DNA from: a virus
Lineage: Duplodnaviria > Caudoviricetes
Virus record (IMG/VR): IMGVR_UViG_3300028549_000365
Span: 128,001 to 192,000 of that record
Strand: one strand, 5' to 3'
Length of the DNA stretch: 64,000 nucleotides
Under the pieces are notes generated by a model. It ran no database searches, was not told where the DNA came from, and saw only the letters and a program-made list of their open reading frames with translations. Within the stretch, counting starts at the first letter, position 1, and each line of letters opens with the position of its first letter. Positions 25,377-36,684 of this stretch are shown here, piece by piece. The translations under genes and the position numbers were made by a program.

Positions 25377-26240
25377 ATGTTTAAAATAAATGAAGTCAAT
25401 GATAATCTACCGATTTATCATGACGCACAATTATTAGCTTTAGAAGATTTCAAAGCTAATATAATAGCTAAACAAAGTATATGTAGAAATGATGTGCTTA
25501 GTTTAGAAGCATTTGTAGGTGGTGCTATAAGTAATGTTATTAATATTAATAGATATTCTAGTCATAACTCTAGTGTAGAGTATGAGAGAACATTAGAATG
25601 TGTTGGAGATATAGTTGCTAGACATAAGAAAGTTGACAATGGTATAACTGTAAATATGTTACATAGTATCATATTTACAACTAAAACAATGTTAAAAGAG
25701 TTGAAAGAGACTTTATTTAATTACCATACAGCTAACACTGCAACTATTTTAGAAACAGCTAGTAATAACGCATACACTATAGTGTACTCATATTGTAATA
25801 AGGATGAACTTGTAGATATAAAAAATATAAGTTTAGTAGAGCTTATAAAATACGATTCACATTATAAGTTCTTTAGTCTAGTTACAAACAATAAGTTTAA
25901 CAGAAAGAAAGCTGAAGAATTAGTAAATGATGTTAATGATATAATGCCGTTAATGTGTGCGTTAGTTAAAACTAAATTAAGTGATTTTAAATATAATGAT
26001 GTTGAGATAAGAACTATAACACTTACAGATCTTATAAGTGTTCTAAATAACGCACCAGCTATAATTTCTGATATAGAAAGTATGTTAAGCGACGTAGAGA
26101 GTGATTTAAGAGATTTTGGTACACCTGATTACAATTGGATATACCAAGATAACCAAAGGTTGAGTAGCTCATACAGAAAGTACAAAAATATAGTAGGTTT
26201 ATTAAGCGATAATATAACACAAGGACTATTAAAAGGATAA
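25377..26240 (+). CDS. Putative virion (internal head) protein
   Basis: 287 aa; ALE and SLE motifs of the S/A/G-X-E head-protease cleavage type. Confidence 0.6.
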   Translation: MFKINEVNDNLPIYHDAQLLALEDFKANIIAKQSICRNDVLSLEAFVGGAISNVININRYSSHNSSVEYERTLECVGDIVARHKKVDNGITVNMLHSIIFTTKTMLKELKETLFNYHTANTATILETASNNAYTIVYSYCNKDELVDIKNISLVELIKYDSHYKFFSLVTNNKFNRKKAEELVNDVNDIMPLMCALVKTKLSDFKYNDVEIRTITLTDLISVLNNAPAIISDIESMLSDVESDLRDFGTPDYNWIYQDNQRLSSSYRKYKNIVGLLSDNITQGLLKG

Positions 26241-26266
26241 CTGGTAGCTATTAGCTACCAGTTATC
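26236..26266. terminator. Palindrome, 15-bp arms, at convergent stops
   Basis: GATAACTGGTAGCTA-T-TAGCTACCAGTTATC. Confidence 0.7.
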
Positions 26267-29123
26267 ATATTGTTGTTATGTTAATTTTAATATCATACTT
26301 AACTATAAGCTCACTATTTTTATTAATAACGAGTTTCTTCTTAAGCACTAACCTTTTAGTTTTATCTACAAATGAAAATATTTCACTATTCTCAGTAGGT
26401 TCTATATTGGTTATTTTAACTCCTACTACTTCGCTACCAACTACTTTAAGTATCTCGTCTTTCATATCTTTAATAGATATTTTAAAGTTATCTAATTGAG
26501 TATGTATTATGTCACCTATAGCAGCTGTTATAGTATCTATCTCATCATCGGTATAACTACTTCTACTTGTGTATAAAGTAACAATAGGTGACGTTAGATA
26601 AGGTATGTTAATAGTAGTATTGTTTACAACTACACTAACTTGTTCAGTCTTCTTATATGATTTATAAAGAACTTTAGTGTTCTCTAATAGACCAGAGTTT
26701 ATACTAGGTATAACAGTAAATAACCAATTGTTTATAGTGTCAATATTTATACCGAGATAGTTAGTATAAATATTAGAGTTAGCTAAAGCGAACTCATACT
26801 CTAACATAAGTAAATCGATATTACGAACTACACCAGAATGTAAATCTATAATTGGCAGATTGTTAGAGTCCAATACAATATCACCTTTACGATGTTTATA
26901 TATTACAACTCCATTACTATCTAAGACAGGATCTCCAGCTAGGTGTAATATTTCTGTTGTAACATCTTCGTCTGGATCTTCTGGACAATTAAATATAGTT
27001 CCAGTTTCTTCAAATATCTTATAAACATCTTCAGTGTGTGTAAGAGGAATATCAGTAGTGTATTTCATATACATACGTTCAGTGTATGTGTTGTACATCT
27101 TGTTCCATATATAATCTATACGTTTACCGAATGTTATACTAAACTCTTCTTTATTAAATACAGTTATCTCGTACCCTTCAGTATTGCCTATCTCAGTAAC
27201 TAAGTAGTTGTTATTAGTAAGTACATCAGGATCGACTGTATATACATGGAATGTTAAAAGACTCTCAAGTTTAACAAACTTATTAGAAACTGTACTATCA
27301 CCATTAGTTAACTCTAAGTAGTTATCTAGGTCAACATATAAACTAGTGTCTATATTAAATGTAAATGATTTATTATCTAAATTATAAACACTGTAGAACT
27401 TAACATTAGCTACATCACCAAGTGTAGGTATAGACACCTGACCTCTAATGTATTCGCTATCTAAACCATCAAACTCAGTATTTGTAGAAACATTAATTAT
27501 TATACTGTACCCAGATACAGTTTTAACAATAGTATACTGTTTACTATTTACCCTTTCTATTAAACTAGTGTTTTTACCAATTATCCTAGAGTCAAGTAGA
27601 TATGGTGAATCTAAGTTATATACCCTAGTGTCTATAGTATCTATAGTGTTATTGTCTAGTATGTAATAGTACGGGGTGTAATAATAATTAACATTATTAG
27701 TATAATCTACTAGATCGTTAATATTCATATTTTTAAGCGCAAACTTCTCATTACTAGATATAGGAGATACTTTATAATTAACTTCTTTAAAAACAGTTCC
27801 TGCTTTTATTATTAAGTAATCGTCAGTAACAACAATGTCTGTGGTGTTAGGTAAATCGCTAGGCGTTATACCTATAGAGTTGAAGTATATATCTGGCCTA
27901 CAATAAACAAGAGGACTATTATACTTAGGTATATTCTTATTAGCTAAGAACACTCTCTCTGTTATTATATCGTAAGACTTATATAACTCAAATCCTTGTA
28001 ATAACCCTTTCTGTTTTATATTTTCAGTAGTTATAGGTACATCTATATCACCTGTGCTGTTGTTAATAACAGCATTACGTAATGTTTCCATATCTATACT
28101 ATTCTTTCCACCTTCAGCTATACTTCTACTGTTAGCTAATACCGTTATGTGCGGAATAGTTGCTTCTGACGCAGTTAATCCGTTAGACTTGATACTTACC
28201 TTGAAATCTTCTGCTTTATATTTGTTAAGAGGTAAATAAAGCACACCTCTCGTTTCGTACACATCTATAGATATATTTCCACTTACAATATTGTTGTATA
28301 GGAAAACATCAGGTATTTTAAATACAACATTCTTGTTCTGTAGTTCTATATAAACTGTAGGAACATTGCTGTTAATATACTCCCCAGAATGTGTTTTGTT
28401 AAGTGTTAAATAAACATCATTAGTGTTAGCATTTTTATACTTAACTACACTAAAATAATATTGTTCTTTTAATGTAGCAGTTAATTTAAATCCTTCAGCA
28501 GGAGTTATAGCTTTGTTAATAGAATATTTTTTAACTTGCTTAAGTATTGTTTCAAAAGCTATCCATTCTTCTCCATCTTGAAAAGATACTATACCAGAAT
28601 TAAGCACACCTAAATTGTTTATAGCTATATCATCAGATGAAATTTGCTGCTCTACGAATACTATACCTGTGTCATATAGTTTTACTACGATATTATTTAA
28701 AAGTGTAAACACTGTGTTAGCTACAGTTACCTCAGTACCAGTTGGTAATGTTGTTTCTAAGTAAGTAGCTCCAGTTGGTCTATATCCGTTAGATTTTAAA
28801 TCTTTAACATTTATATAGAACAACATAGCTACTTCTGTAGGTATAGAGAATAAATTAGTTAACTCACTATCCGATAGATGTCGGTATAAGTCTTCAGGTT
28901 TATCAGCAAGATCTGGATGTAGTTTTCTAATTACACCAAGTGGTTCAACCACAGCATTCTGTGCTGAAGATACAGCTAATTCCATTAACATCATAAACGG
29001 GTTAGTTGGATCAACTATAGTTTTATTATCAGCAGTCTCTTCTGATAATGCGTTAATAACAAGTGTTTGTACCATATTGGGGTCGTACACATATTTTGCT
29101 ATGTCAAGCTTTGTTAAATTCAT
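26265..29123 (-). CDS. Baseplate wedge-like virion protein (phiKZ gp87-like)
   Basis: 952 aa; DPTNPFMMLME, L.P.LA....DLYRHLSD, GG.N..DMETLRNAVI (T4 gp6/baseplate J-like). Confidence 0.72.
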   Translation of the reverse strand: MNLTKLDIAKYVYDPNMVQTLVINALSEETADNKTIVDPTNPFMMLMELAVSSAQNAVVEPLGVIRKLHPDLADKPEDLYRHLSDSELTNLFSIPTEVAMLFYINVKDLKSNGYRPTGATYLETTLPTGTEVTVANTVFTLLNNIVVKLYDTGIVFVEQQISSDDIAINNLGVLNSGIVSFQDGEEWIAFETILKQVKKYSINKAITPAEGFKLTATLKEQYYFSVVKYKNANTNDVYLTLNKTHSGEYINSNVPTVYIELQNKNVVFKIPDVFLYNNIVSGNISIDVYETRGVLYLPLNKYKAEDFKVSIKSNGLTASEATIPHITVLANSRSIAEGGKNSIDMETLRNAVINNSTGDIDVPITTENIKQKGLLQGFELYKSYDIITERVFLANKNIPKYNSPLVYCRPDIYFNSIGITPSDLPNTTDIVVTDDYLIIKAGTVFKEVNYKVSPISSNEKFALKNMNINDLVDYTNNVNYYYTPYYYILDNNTIDTIDTRVYNLDSPYLLDSRIIGKNTSLIERVNSKQYTIVKTVSGYSIIINVSTNTEFDGLDSEYIRGQVSIPTLGDVANVKFYSVYNLDNKSFTFNIDTSLYVDLDNYLELTNGDSTVSNKFVKLESLLTFHVYTVDPDVLTNNNYLVTEIGNTEGYEITVFNKEEFSITFGKRIDYIWNKMYNTYTERMYMKYTTDIPLTHTEDVYKIFEETGTIFNCPEDPDEDVTTEILHLAGDPVLDSNGVVIYKHRKGDIVLDSNNLPIIDLHSGVVRNIDLLMLEYEFALANSNIYTNYLGINIDTINNWLFTVIPSINSGLLENTKVLYKSYKKTEQVSVVVNNTTINIPYLTSPIVTLYTSRSSYTDDEIDTITAAIGDIIHTQLDNFKISIKDMKDEILKVVGSEVVGVKITNIEPTENSEIFSFVDKTKRLVLKKKLVINKNSELIVKYDIKINITTI

Positions 29124-29170
29124 ATAATGTCCTTTTATTTAGTAGTAGTTCTTTTACTTTTAACTACTGT

Positions 29171-30430
29171 TTATTTTTGTTTAGCTAAATTAGCTGCCTT
29201 AGTGTTAGTTTCTTTATGTACATTTTTAGGCTTAACCTTAGCTGCTTCAGCAGCCTTATTAACAGCTTGAGCGTTAGACTCAGCGTGTACACCACCTTCT
29301 TTACCAGATAAACTTATTGTACGGTTCCAATCTTTACTATGTTTAATTTCTATCCACCATTCTAACTCGAATGTTCTTCTGTTTATTAATGGATAACCTC
29401 TGTGGTTAAGTTGATCTCTTAATTCTCTAGGGATTTTCTCATAACCAGCTATTGACGCTACGTTACCATTGTAACGTATCTTTTTAAGATCTTGATTAAA
29501 TATACATGTAGCGTCGTTAAATTCTTTAATAAGAATATCATCGTAAATAGCACCAACACACTTGAACCGAATATTAAGTTCTTTGTTATTATCCATATAT
29601 TTAGGTCCACTAGTAAAGTCAAAGAGTTTACCTGTTGGTACGTTTATAGGAAAGCTAGCTCCGGTTGCAGCGATTCTCTTAACGTATGTACCTGTTTCAT
29701 CCATAATAAGTCTATATATTCGTGTATTATAGTCTATTTCATTTTCAGCTAGCATGTCGTGATATGGGTTCATTATCCCTTCAAACACACAAGCTGCATA
29801 AAGTAACCAAGACTGCATCATAAGTACAATAGGTTCATCTCTTATATTTCTAAAAGTACAATCCAGATCGAAACTCTCGTATATATCAACTGAACTATCT
29901 ATTTGTACGTATTGTTCTTTTCTAACACCTTGCTTCGAAGCGAAAGTACTAACTGTCATATCCGGCCATCCAGACATATCTAATAAGGTATTAGTTAACA
30001 CAGGTATATAAGCTAACTTATCATCTACAAGGTTACTGTTAACACTAATACTTTGTCTAATCTTACCTTTAGTTGTTGTTATTGAGTCTAACCCAACTCT
30101 AGGATCTAACATACATCTAACATATCTATGTACGCTATCTTTGTCTGTAGAAAGTAATGAATAAAATCTTCTTACGTTAGCTAAATTAGATGTAGAAAAG
30201 TTAAGTTGTGGTCTAGTAAAGAATACATATCCTTTACTATCTCTATTCTCAGGAACAACACTCTTCACACCAGTATGGTTAAGTCCATATAATGTATTTG
30301 AAGTAGCTTGGTCTATACTTCCTATAGGTTGAGTCATAGCTATGAATTCATCTAGCTCTATTTTTTTATCATTATCAAGCATTTTATTTATATCTATATT
30401 GTATAAATCAATATTAGGTTCATTAGTCAT
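29171..30430 (-). CDS. Virion structural protein, tail-tube-fold baseplate component (phiKZ gp88-like)
   Basis: GYVFFTRPQLN and SGWPD motifs; synteny. Confidence 0.7.
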   Translation of the reverse strand: MTNEPNIDLYNIDINKMLDNDKKIELDEFIAMTQPIGSIDQATSNTLYGLNHTGVKSVVPENRDSKGYVFFTRPQLNFSTSNLANVRRFYSLLSTDKDSVHRYVRCMLDPRVGLDSITTTKGKIRQSISVNSNLVDDKLAYIPVLTNTLLDMSGWPDMTVSTFASKQGVRKEQYVQIDSSVDIYESFDLDCTFRNIRDEPIVLMMQSWLLYAACVFEGIMNPYHDMLAENEIDYNTRIYRLIMDETGTYVKRIAATGASFPINVPTGKLFDFTSGPKYMDNNKELNIRFKCVGAIYDDILIKEFNDATCIFNQDLKKIRYNGNVASIAGYEKIPRELRDQLNHRGYPLINRRTFELEWWIEIKHSKDWNRTISLSGKEGGVHAESNAQAVNKAAEAAKVKPKNVHKETNTKAANLAKQK

Positions 30431-30516
30431 TAGTAACTCCTTATCTCATTGAAGTGAACACCTATAATATTCATTGACATATTAAATATAATGATAATAA
30501 ATAAAAGGGGACAAAG

Positions 30517-31836
30517 ATGGCAGGTATAATCGGTGCGTTAGGTACACTAACAGAAATATTTTCACAGACTGATGAGGGGTTAAGCGGTAAATCATTATTA
30601 AAAGCTTTAAGATCTAAAGAGGTAGCTTTACTTAGAGCTGATGGGTCTATGCTTAAATTAATAGGTAATTATATAGTAGAACCTGTGATCGTTGTAAGTA
30701 ACGAATTAAGAAATGATGATGTTATAGATAACGTGTTGGGTATACATACAGATATATTCACTGGGTTTTATATGCAAGTATTCGATATTATAAGAGCGCA
30801 TTTTGGAATTAAAGATAATAACGCCATAGATTTATTAGCTACTGACAATGGTGGGTTAGAAAGACTTATTCTGGCTGGTGCTGATTTAGCTGTAGCTGAC
30901 AGAGACCATGTTGGTGATTTGTTCAAAGGTAAAATGTCTATTAGTATAAGCACTGAATCTGGGTTATCTTTTAATGAACAAGCTGCGTTAGAAAAACTTA
31001 AGAATACTAACCAAAAGACTTTAGAAGAAGATAAACATAATAACCAATTGAAACGAGATGAACTTAATAGACAAGCTAAATTAGACGAATTAGCTAAAAA
31101 AGAAGCTATTAGACTAGGTCAGTATAAAGATAAGAATCAAGTAGCATCGTCTGTTAGTGCATCTGTTAAAGATTTAAATATACCTAACGCTATACAAAGA
31201 ACTATACAAGTTACTATAACTAGACCTATGGAAACTAAAGATGGTCAACCGACTGGTGCCGCTTTAACTGTTGTTATTCCTATTAATATTAAAGCACACG
31301 TTATTTTTACAGATATAAGTAATATTATTAATGTAATGCAACCTAATAGTGACGATAAAGGTATGTTTAATAGAATAGATGAATACAGAGCAGGTGCTAT
31401 TTCGCTAACAGATTTATTATTCGCTGGTGATATTATTAACGAGTACAAACAAAATAAACTTAAAGATAAAGATCAGTTATTACAAATAATTCAGAATAGA
31501 GTATTATCTGCTAACTCTAAAGTTATTAACGGAGGAGTAGGTTTTGAGAAGTATTACAATATGTATATTATTTCAGCACAAGATCTTATAAGAGTTGAGA
31601 AACATCTTAACGGTAAAGTTGCTGAAGCTAAATTTAGACAAAAGTTTCTAGAGCAAGCGTATGGTTTATCATTAACGGTTATGGATCAAGATCATGAGAT
31701 AATTAAACTTATGTTAAAAGATCTTGGTGGAGTTTCTACACTTACGTATAAAGCAGCGGTTAAGTCTGATAAAAAAGGCAATGATATGGGTGAGATAGTT
31801 AAATCTCTAATTAACAATAAACCTATGGTATTTTAA
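30517..31836 (+). CDS. Virion structural protein (phiKZ gp89-like)
   Basis: 439 aa; VEPVIVVS, STES cleavage-like site; synteny. Confidence 0.65.
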   Translation: MAGIIGALGTLTEIFSQTDEGLSGKSLLKALRSKEVALLRADGSMLKLIGNYIVEPVIVVSNELRNDDVIDNVLGIHTDIFTGFYMQVFDIIRAHFGIKDNNAIDLLATDNGGLERLILAGADLAVADRDHVGDLFKGKMSISISTESGLSFNEQAALEKLKNTNQKTLEEDKHNNQLKRDELNRQAKLDELAKKEAIRLGQYKDKNQVASSVSASVKDLNIPNAIQRTIQVTITRPMETKDGQPTGAALTVVIPINIKAHVIFTDISNIINVMQPNSDDKGMFNRIDEYRAGAISLTDLLFAGDIINEYKQNKLKDKDQLLQIIQNRVLSANSKVINGGVGFEKYYNMYIISAQDLIRVEKHLNGKVAEAKFRQKFLEQAYGLSLTVMDQDHEIIKLMLKDLGGVSTLTYKAAVKSDKKGNDMGEIVKSLINNKPMVF

Positions 31837-31845
31837 AGGATAACT

Positions 31846-32718
31846 ATGATAAGAGGATTAATAAACTATGTTATGAGTATTAACCACGTAACTAGAAAAG
31901 AACAGATAGTTAAAAACACGGATATTATTTTCCGTGTAATAGCTGAAGATACAATACCTACTTTAGATAAACTAATTGATGGTGATGTAGATAATATTGT
32001 AAACGGAAACACATTATTGAGTAATAGTATTACAATGTCGAATATTAAAGTAAAGAATAACATAGAGTTCTTTGTTAAGCTTAGGGTGTTTTTCAAAACA
32101 GTATTATCTGAAGAGAAAAAAATCTTAAAACTCATCGAAGATGAGATAAATGAATTTGTAACAGATAAAAGCGGTAATAGTAAAGAGATTTCTATTATGA
32201 AGTTTGTTTCAGATTTAGGGTCTGCAAGTTTATATACTATTGACTTAGTATACTTTGTGTTGGTTGGTGATGGTGATACTGATTTTTCTAAAATGAAGAT
32301 GAATAACATTAGAACTAACCTACCTGATTTAATATCTGTATTGGATATATATACTGGTGAACTAGAAAACATTATTAAAACTATTCCTAGAGTAGCTTCT
32401 ATAACTGTTGTACAAAAAGATGTTTCAGACAACATGCTTGATAAGTTATTAGGTAACAGCGGTAAGATGTTAAAACTTGCTAACACTAGTGGTTTTATAA
32501 ATAACCCTATATACCATATAAGAATGTGGTTTGTTGATAATGAGATTGAAAAATATGAATCTTTGAAAGATAAGAAGAAAATGATAGAACTTAAACTACT
32601 TGATCTTAAACTTACTGAACAAAATGAAAGTAGTTCTAAGATTAAAGATCAGATTAAGTACTATGAAGAGAAACTTTCTGTTATAGAGTACGATATCGCT
32701 CAAATAGAGAAAGACTAA
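31846..32718 (+). CDS. Virion structural protein (phiKZ gp90-like)
   Basis: 290 aa; GFINNPIYHIR and C-terminal coiled coil. Confidence 0.65.
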   Translation: MIRGLINYVMSINHVTRKEQIVKNTDIIFRVIAEDTIPTLDKLIDGDVDNIVNGNTLLSNSITMSNIKVKNNIEFFVKLRVFFKTVLSEEKKILKLIEDEINEFVTDKSGNSKEISIMKFVSDLGSASLYTIDLVYFVLVGDGDTDFSKMKMNNIRTNLPDLISVLDIYTGELENIIKTIPRVASITVVQKDVSDNMLDKLLGNSGKMLKLANTSGFINNPIYHIRMWFVDNEIEKYESLKDKKKMIELKLLDLKLTEQNESSSKIKDQIKYYEEKLSVIEYDIAQIEKD

Positions 32719-32873
32719 TCTAATACGGGTAGTATGCATGGTGCCCTGGAGACTAAAGCTGTAAAGCACATCTAAAGATACGTATGTGTTTATAAACATA
32801 TATATGGTATTAAGTACACCATAGATATCGAAGTACTTAAACAAAAAAAATCAATTGAAAAAAAGGACAAATT

Positions 32874-34196
32874 ATGGCAAGAGATTTCGGAATATTCGGA
32901 AGTTTATCAAGAGAAGAAGAAGGGGATGTTGTACCAGGTGTTGAAGCTGGTGATATTACAGAAGAGATTGTTACTGATGAAGCAGTTGCTGAAGTTAGTG
33001 AATTAGAAACAGAAATCGCTACAGATTCTGACGCTATGGCACAAGCTGATGTTGCATCTATTGAGTTAGAAACTCAAATTACTACAGCTGAAGAAATTCT
33101 AGCTAACCCTGAAACAGTTACTCCAGAAGTAGTTGAAATTGCTGCTGAATCATTAAGAGTTACAGCTAGACTATTAGGTGGGTCTATTGATTCAAGATAT
33201 GTTGTGTCTAGAGAAAGTATTAAAGCTAGTCCTGTGGTATCACTTGAAGTATCTGTTGAAGGCGCAAAAGATTTCTTAAGAAAACTTATTGAATCTATCA
33301 AAGCTATTTTCAGAAAAATTATGAACGCTGGTAAAAAACTATTCGTTAAACTTGTAGTTGTAATGGATGGAACTGCTAAAAAAGCTAAAAAATTAGAAAA
33401 AGTAGTTGGAAAACTACCTTCTGAACCTACTAGTAAATTTGAAACTAAAGAGGCTAAAGCTATTCTTTCTAGACAAGGTGCTTATCTTGCATTAAATGGT
33501 GGTATTGGTGGTTTTAAATATAGTACAAAAATATCTGAATTGATAACTGACGTTACTACTATTAAAGGTGTTGTTGATGGAGCTATCAACGCAGTTAATA
33601 AAATAGCTGATATTAAAGAAGATACAGCTGGTGCTAAAAAGAAAGAGGCTGCTGCTGCACTAGAGGCTGGTACAGCTAAACTTAAATTATTAAATGCCGC
33701 TACATTAGAAAGTAATTTTGGTTATAACGCACCAGACGGTAAAGAAACTGCTGTTAAACAAGGTGTGTTAAAAGGTAATACTTTGAAAATAGTAGAGGTT
33801 TATAATACAGAGGACGAAAAATCAGTGCAAAAAATAGCAGTGAAATCTTTAACTGTAAACAAAGATCTATTTGAAGACGCTAGTATAGAAGTAGCTGGTA
33901 AACAAGCGTTAGTATCTATGATAGCTGATATTGTCGCTAGTTCTAAAAATTTATCTAAATACAGCACTGAAGCAATGAAAGCTATAGACGCAGCTGATAA
34001 AGCTTTAGATAAATTAGCTAAAGACTCAAGTGGTAGTTATGTAATTAACAAACTTAAAGCTGGTCCAGCTACAGCTGTTAGAGATTTAACTGTTGGTTTA
34101 ATGTTGGACGGAGTACTTGGGTATGTTACTGCTGTTAAAGGACAAATGTCTACAGTAAATGATTGTGTTAGAAAGTATAACACTAATCAAATGTAA
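32874..34196 (+). CDS. Internal head protein (phiKZ gp93/95/97-like)
   Basis: Acidic propeptide with many S/A-X-E sites (SRE, SIE, AAE, SLE, SVE), followed by EGAKDFLRKLIESIKAIFRKI. Confidence 0.72.
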   Translation: MARDFGIFGSLSREEEGDVVPGVEAGDITEEIVTDEAVAEVSELETEIATDSDAMAQADVASIELETQITTAEEILANPETVTPEVVEIAAESLRVTARLLGGSIDSRYVVSRESIKASPVVSLEVSVEGAKDFLRKLIESIKAIFRKIMNAGKKLFVKLVVVMDGTAKKAKKLEKVVGKLPSEPTSKFETKEAKAILSRQGAYLALNGGIGGFKYSTKISELITDVTTIKGVVDGAINAVNKIADIKEDTAGAKKKEAAAALEAGTAKLKLLNAATLESNFGYNAPDGKETAVKQGVLKGNTLKIVEVYNTEDEKSVQKIAVKSLTVNKDLFEDASIEVAGKQALVSMIADIVASSKNLSKYSTEAMKAIDAADKALDKLAKDSSGSYVINKLKAGPATAVRDLTVGLMLDGVLGYVTAVKGQMSTVNDCVRKYNTNQM

Positions 34197-34217
34197 TCTT
34201 CGTATTTATACGATATT

Positions 34218-34252
34218 CAAAAAGGATAGAACTTCGGTTCTATCCTTTTTTC
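34218..34252 (+). terminator. UUCG-tetraloop terminator
   Basis: AAAAGGATAGAAC-TTCG-GTTCTATCCTTTT. Confidence 0.85.
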
Positions 34253-34297
34253 TTCTTTAACCGGCTTTTCTATGATATTAAAAATAAAGGACTTATT

Positions 34298-34771
34298 ATG
34301 TTAGATAAACAAGTAATTAAAGCAGTAAAAGGTACTGATGCATTTTACCAAATAGATAAATGCGTGACTATGTATGAAGAGGGTTTACACGAAACAAAAC
34401 CTACAGCATACATATTAGAACTAGCTGGAGCTTATATTAGAGAGTTCGGAAGCACAGGAGTTATAGAACATTTAAAATACCATATAACTAAACCATCTTT
34501 TAAAACAACTCCATTAGGTGTAATGGTTATGCAGGATATAGTAAACGTAATTACTAAAAAAGAGATTTGTTACTTTGAGAAATATTTTATAGATTTAAAA
34601 ATTCCAGCTAAACGACATACTTCTATAAAATTAAATTATCCAGAAACATATTCTATTAGTTGTTCTACTACTGATGCTCTATTAGATATTCTAGAGGTAG
34701 GCGGTGCTGAGTTAGCAATAGGTTTAATAGCTGCTTACTGTATGCATGTCGAGAAAAATGATTCATATTAG
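34298..34771 (+). CDS. Hypothetical protein
   Basis: 157 aa, AAGGA RBS. Confidence 0.7.
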   Translation: MLDKQVIKAVKGTDAFYQIDKCVTMYEEGLHETKPTAYILELAGAYIREFGSTGVIEHLKYHITKPSFKTTPLGVMVMQDIVNVITKKEICYFEKYFIDLKIPAKRHTSIKLNYPETYSISCSTTDALLDILEVGGAELAIGLIAAYCMHVEKNDSY

Positions 34772-34779
34772 GAGTTACT

Positions 34780-36678
34780 ATGTATAAAACTAAATTAGAA
34801 CTACAAGGTATAGATAGCACTATATCTAGACCAGTTCTTATTAATATACTAGGTGATATTAAAAATTTAATAGGTGTAGACAAAGATATTAAATATTATC
34901 TAGATGGACAAGAGACTGTAGATAGAACAGTTAATAAGTTAGGAAAAGTAGTTGATAATAGTTCACCGAGAAATGAATTTATGCAAGTTGAGACGTCTGA
35001 AGATTCTACAGACGGATCAGACGTTTCTTTATTAACTTCTAATCCTGATAATTATCCTATTTATAATGATAAAGAGATAAGAGCTATGTTTACACCTATA
35101 ACTCACGACAGAACAACAACATTAACTATTAGGTATTTCAATAAGTCTAAAAGTAAAGTTAATTCTATAGCTAATAGGTTGAAACTAATGACAGCTAGAG
35201 AAGATATGTATAAGATACATAATATAGAATATTACTACACTATACATAATTACTTGTTGAGAATGTTATCACATTTTAACGATATTAAGAACGCTAGGTT
35301 AGGTACTAAATTCACACTAGATGAATACATAGCTACTACGTTTGATAATAGAGTTGATTATGGTAATAACGCAGCAGGTGAGATAGATAAAACATCTATA
35401 GTTATTAGAGAAGCTCAGATGGGTGTAATTGGATATTTAGCTAATGACTTACATAACATAAAAGCACTTTATGATGTTACTAAGACAGCGTGGTATTTAG
35501 AACTAGAGTACAAATTTAGTTATAATAAACCAATATCTTTATTGTTAGATTACTCACCAGTTATATTCAACACTGAGATATCTAAAGAGTTTAGAGTTAA
35601 ACAACCTGAAGAGACTATGTCGCCTATAAATGGACTACGTACAAAAGGTGTATTAGGTATGTATGGTGTTACAGAAAAGAACTATTTGATACCTACGGAT
35701 GGTAAGGGTTATATCACATATCCAATTAACGATAAGACTCCTTTACCTAAGCCAGCACCATTTACAGTTAGGGTAAACTCAGTTATGTTAATACTTAATA
35801 AAGATGACCTAACAGAATTATTCAATCTTAGTGATATACCAAAAGTAAAGTTCTTAGATACATTCACAGAGTTCTTGAAGTTAGAGTTATTACACATAGG
35901 AACTTTACATAAAAGTTTAGTTTATTTAGATATCTATAATGGAACAACTAAAGTTTATAATAATAAAGTAATAGCAGCAATCCTACCTAACGGAGATATA
36001 TCTTTTAAAACAGAAAAACCGTTAGACATAACACGCGAATATAGAGTGTGTTTCAATATGTTAGCTGATTTAAATATATTAGCTGTAGACGATAGAAAAA
36101 GAATAGAAGCTAATATAGAGACTGTAAATAGCACACTACCTACGTCGTTACCAATTACTATATCTTATTTAAACTTCTTCAAAACTACTATAGGCGAGAT
36201 AGCTACTAATGTGTCTGAAGTATCAACTATTGATGTAAATACTATTACATCAGACACACTTTTAAAGATATATAAAGACGGTGCTGTAAAAACAGTTAGT
36301 AACACTATTAAACAATTTATTATTAACGAAGACAGTTCAATAACATTACCAGATGGAACTATATTATTAGATGGGACTTATGAACTGTTACCAGATGACT
36401 CATTGTTATACAACGGCGCAACTTATAAGTTAACTTTAGTTACAGAGGAAGTGTCTAATGGCGGTATTATATATTACATTAAAAAGACGATTTTAACTGT
36501 AATTAATGTTGATTCCACTAGTAGTCAGACATCTACATATTTATCTATAAGCTATAAATCATTTAACGAAGAATTATCATTTAAAGATTTTGTTAAATAT
36601 ACTAGTGATAACTTATGGGAAAAATATTATACAGTGCAAACATACGCTACTATAGCTAGTGTTATGGAACATAAATAG
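34780..36678 (+). CDS. Virion structural protein
   Basis: 632 aa; ISRPVL..IL.DIK, YPVIFN-like motifs of phiKZ-like structural module. Confidence 0.65.
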   Translation: MYKTKLELQGIDSTISRPVLINILGDIKNLIGVDKDIKYYLDGQETVDRTVNKLGKVVDNSSPRNEFMQVETSEDSTDGSDVSLLTSNPDNYPIYNDKEIRAMFTPITHDRTTTLTIRYFNKSKSKVNSIANRLKLMTAREDMYKIHNIEYYYTIHNYLLRMLSHFNDIKNARLGTKFTLDEYIATTFDNRVDYGNNAAGEIDKTSIVIREAQMGVIGYLANDLHNIKALYDVTKTAWYLELEYKFSYNKPISLLLDYSPVIFNTEISKEFRVKQPEETMSPINGLRTKGVLGMYGVTEKNYLIPTDGKGYITYPINDKTPLPKPAPFTVRVNSVMLILNKDDLTELFNLSDIPKVKFLDTFTEFLKLELLHIGTLHKSLVYLDIYNGTTKVYNNKVIAAILPNGDISFKTEKPLDITREYRVCFNMLADLNILAVDDRKRIEANIETVNSTLPTSLPITISYLNFFKTTIGEIATNVSEVSTIDVNTITSDTLLKIYKDGAVKTVSNTIKQFIINEDSSITLPDGTILLDGTYELLPDDSLLYNGATYKLTLVTEEVSNGGIIYYIKKTILTVINVDSTSSQTSTYLSISYKSFNEELSFKDFVKYTSDNLWEKYYTVQTYATIASVMEHK

Positions 36679-36684
36679 AAAGGA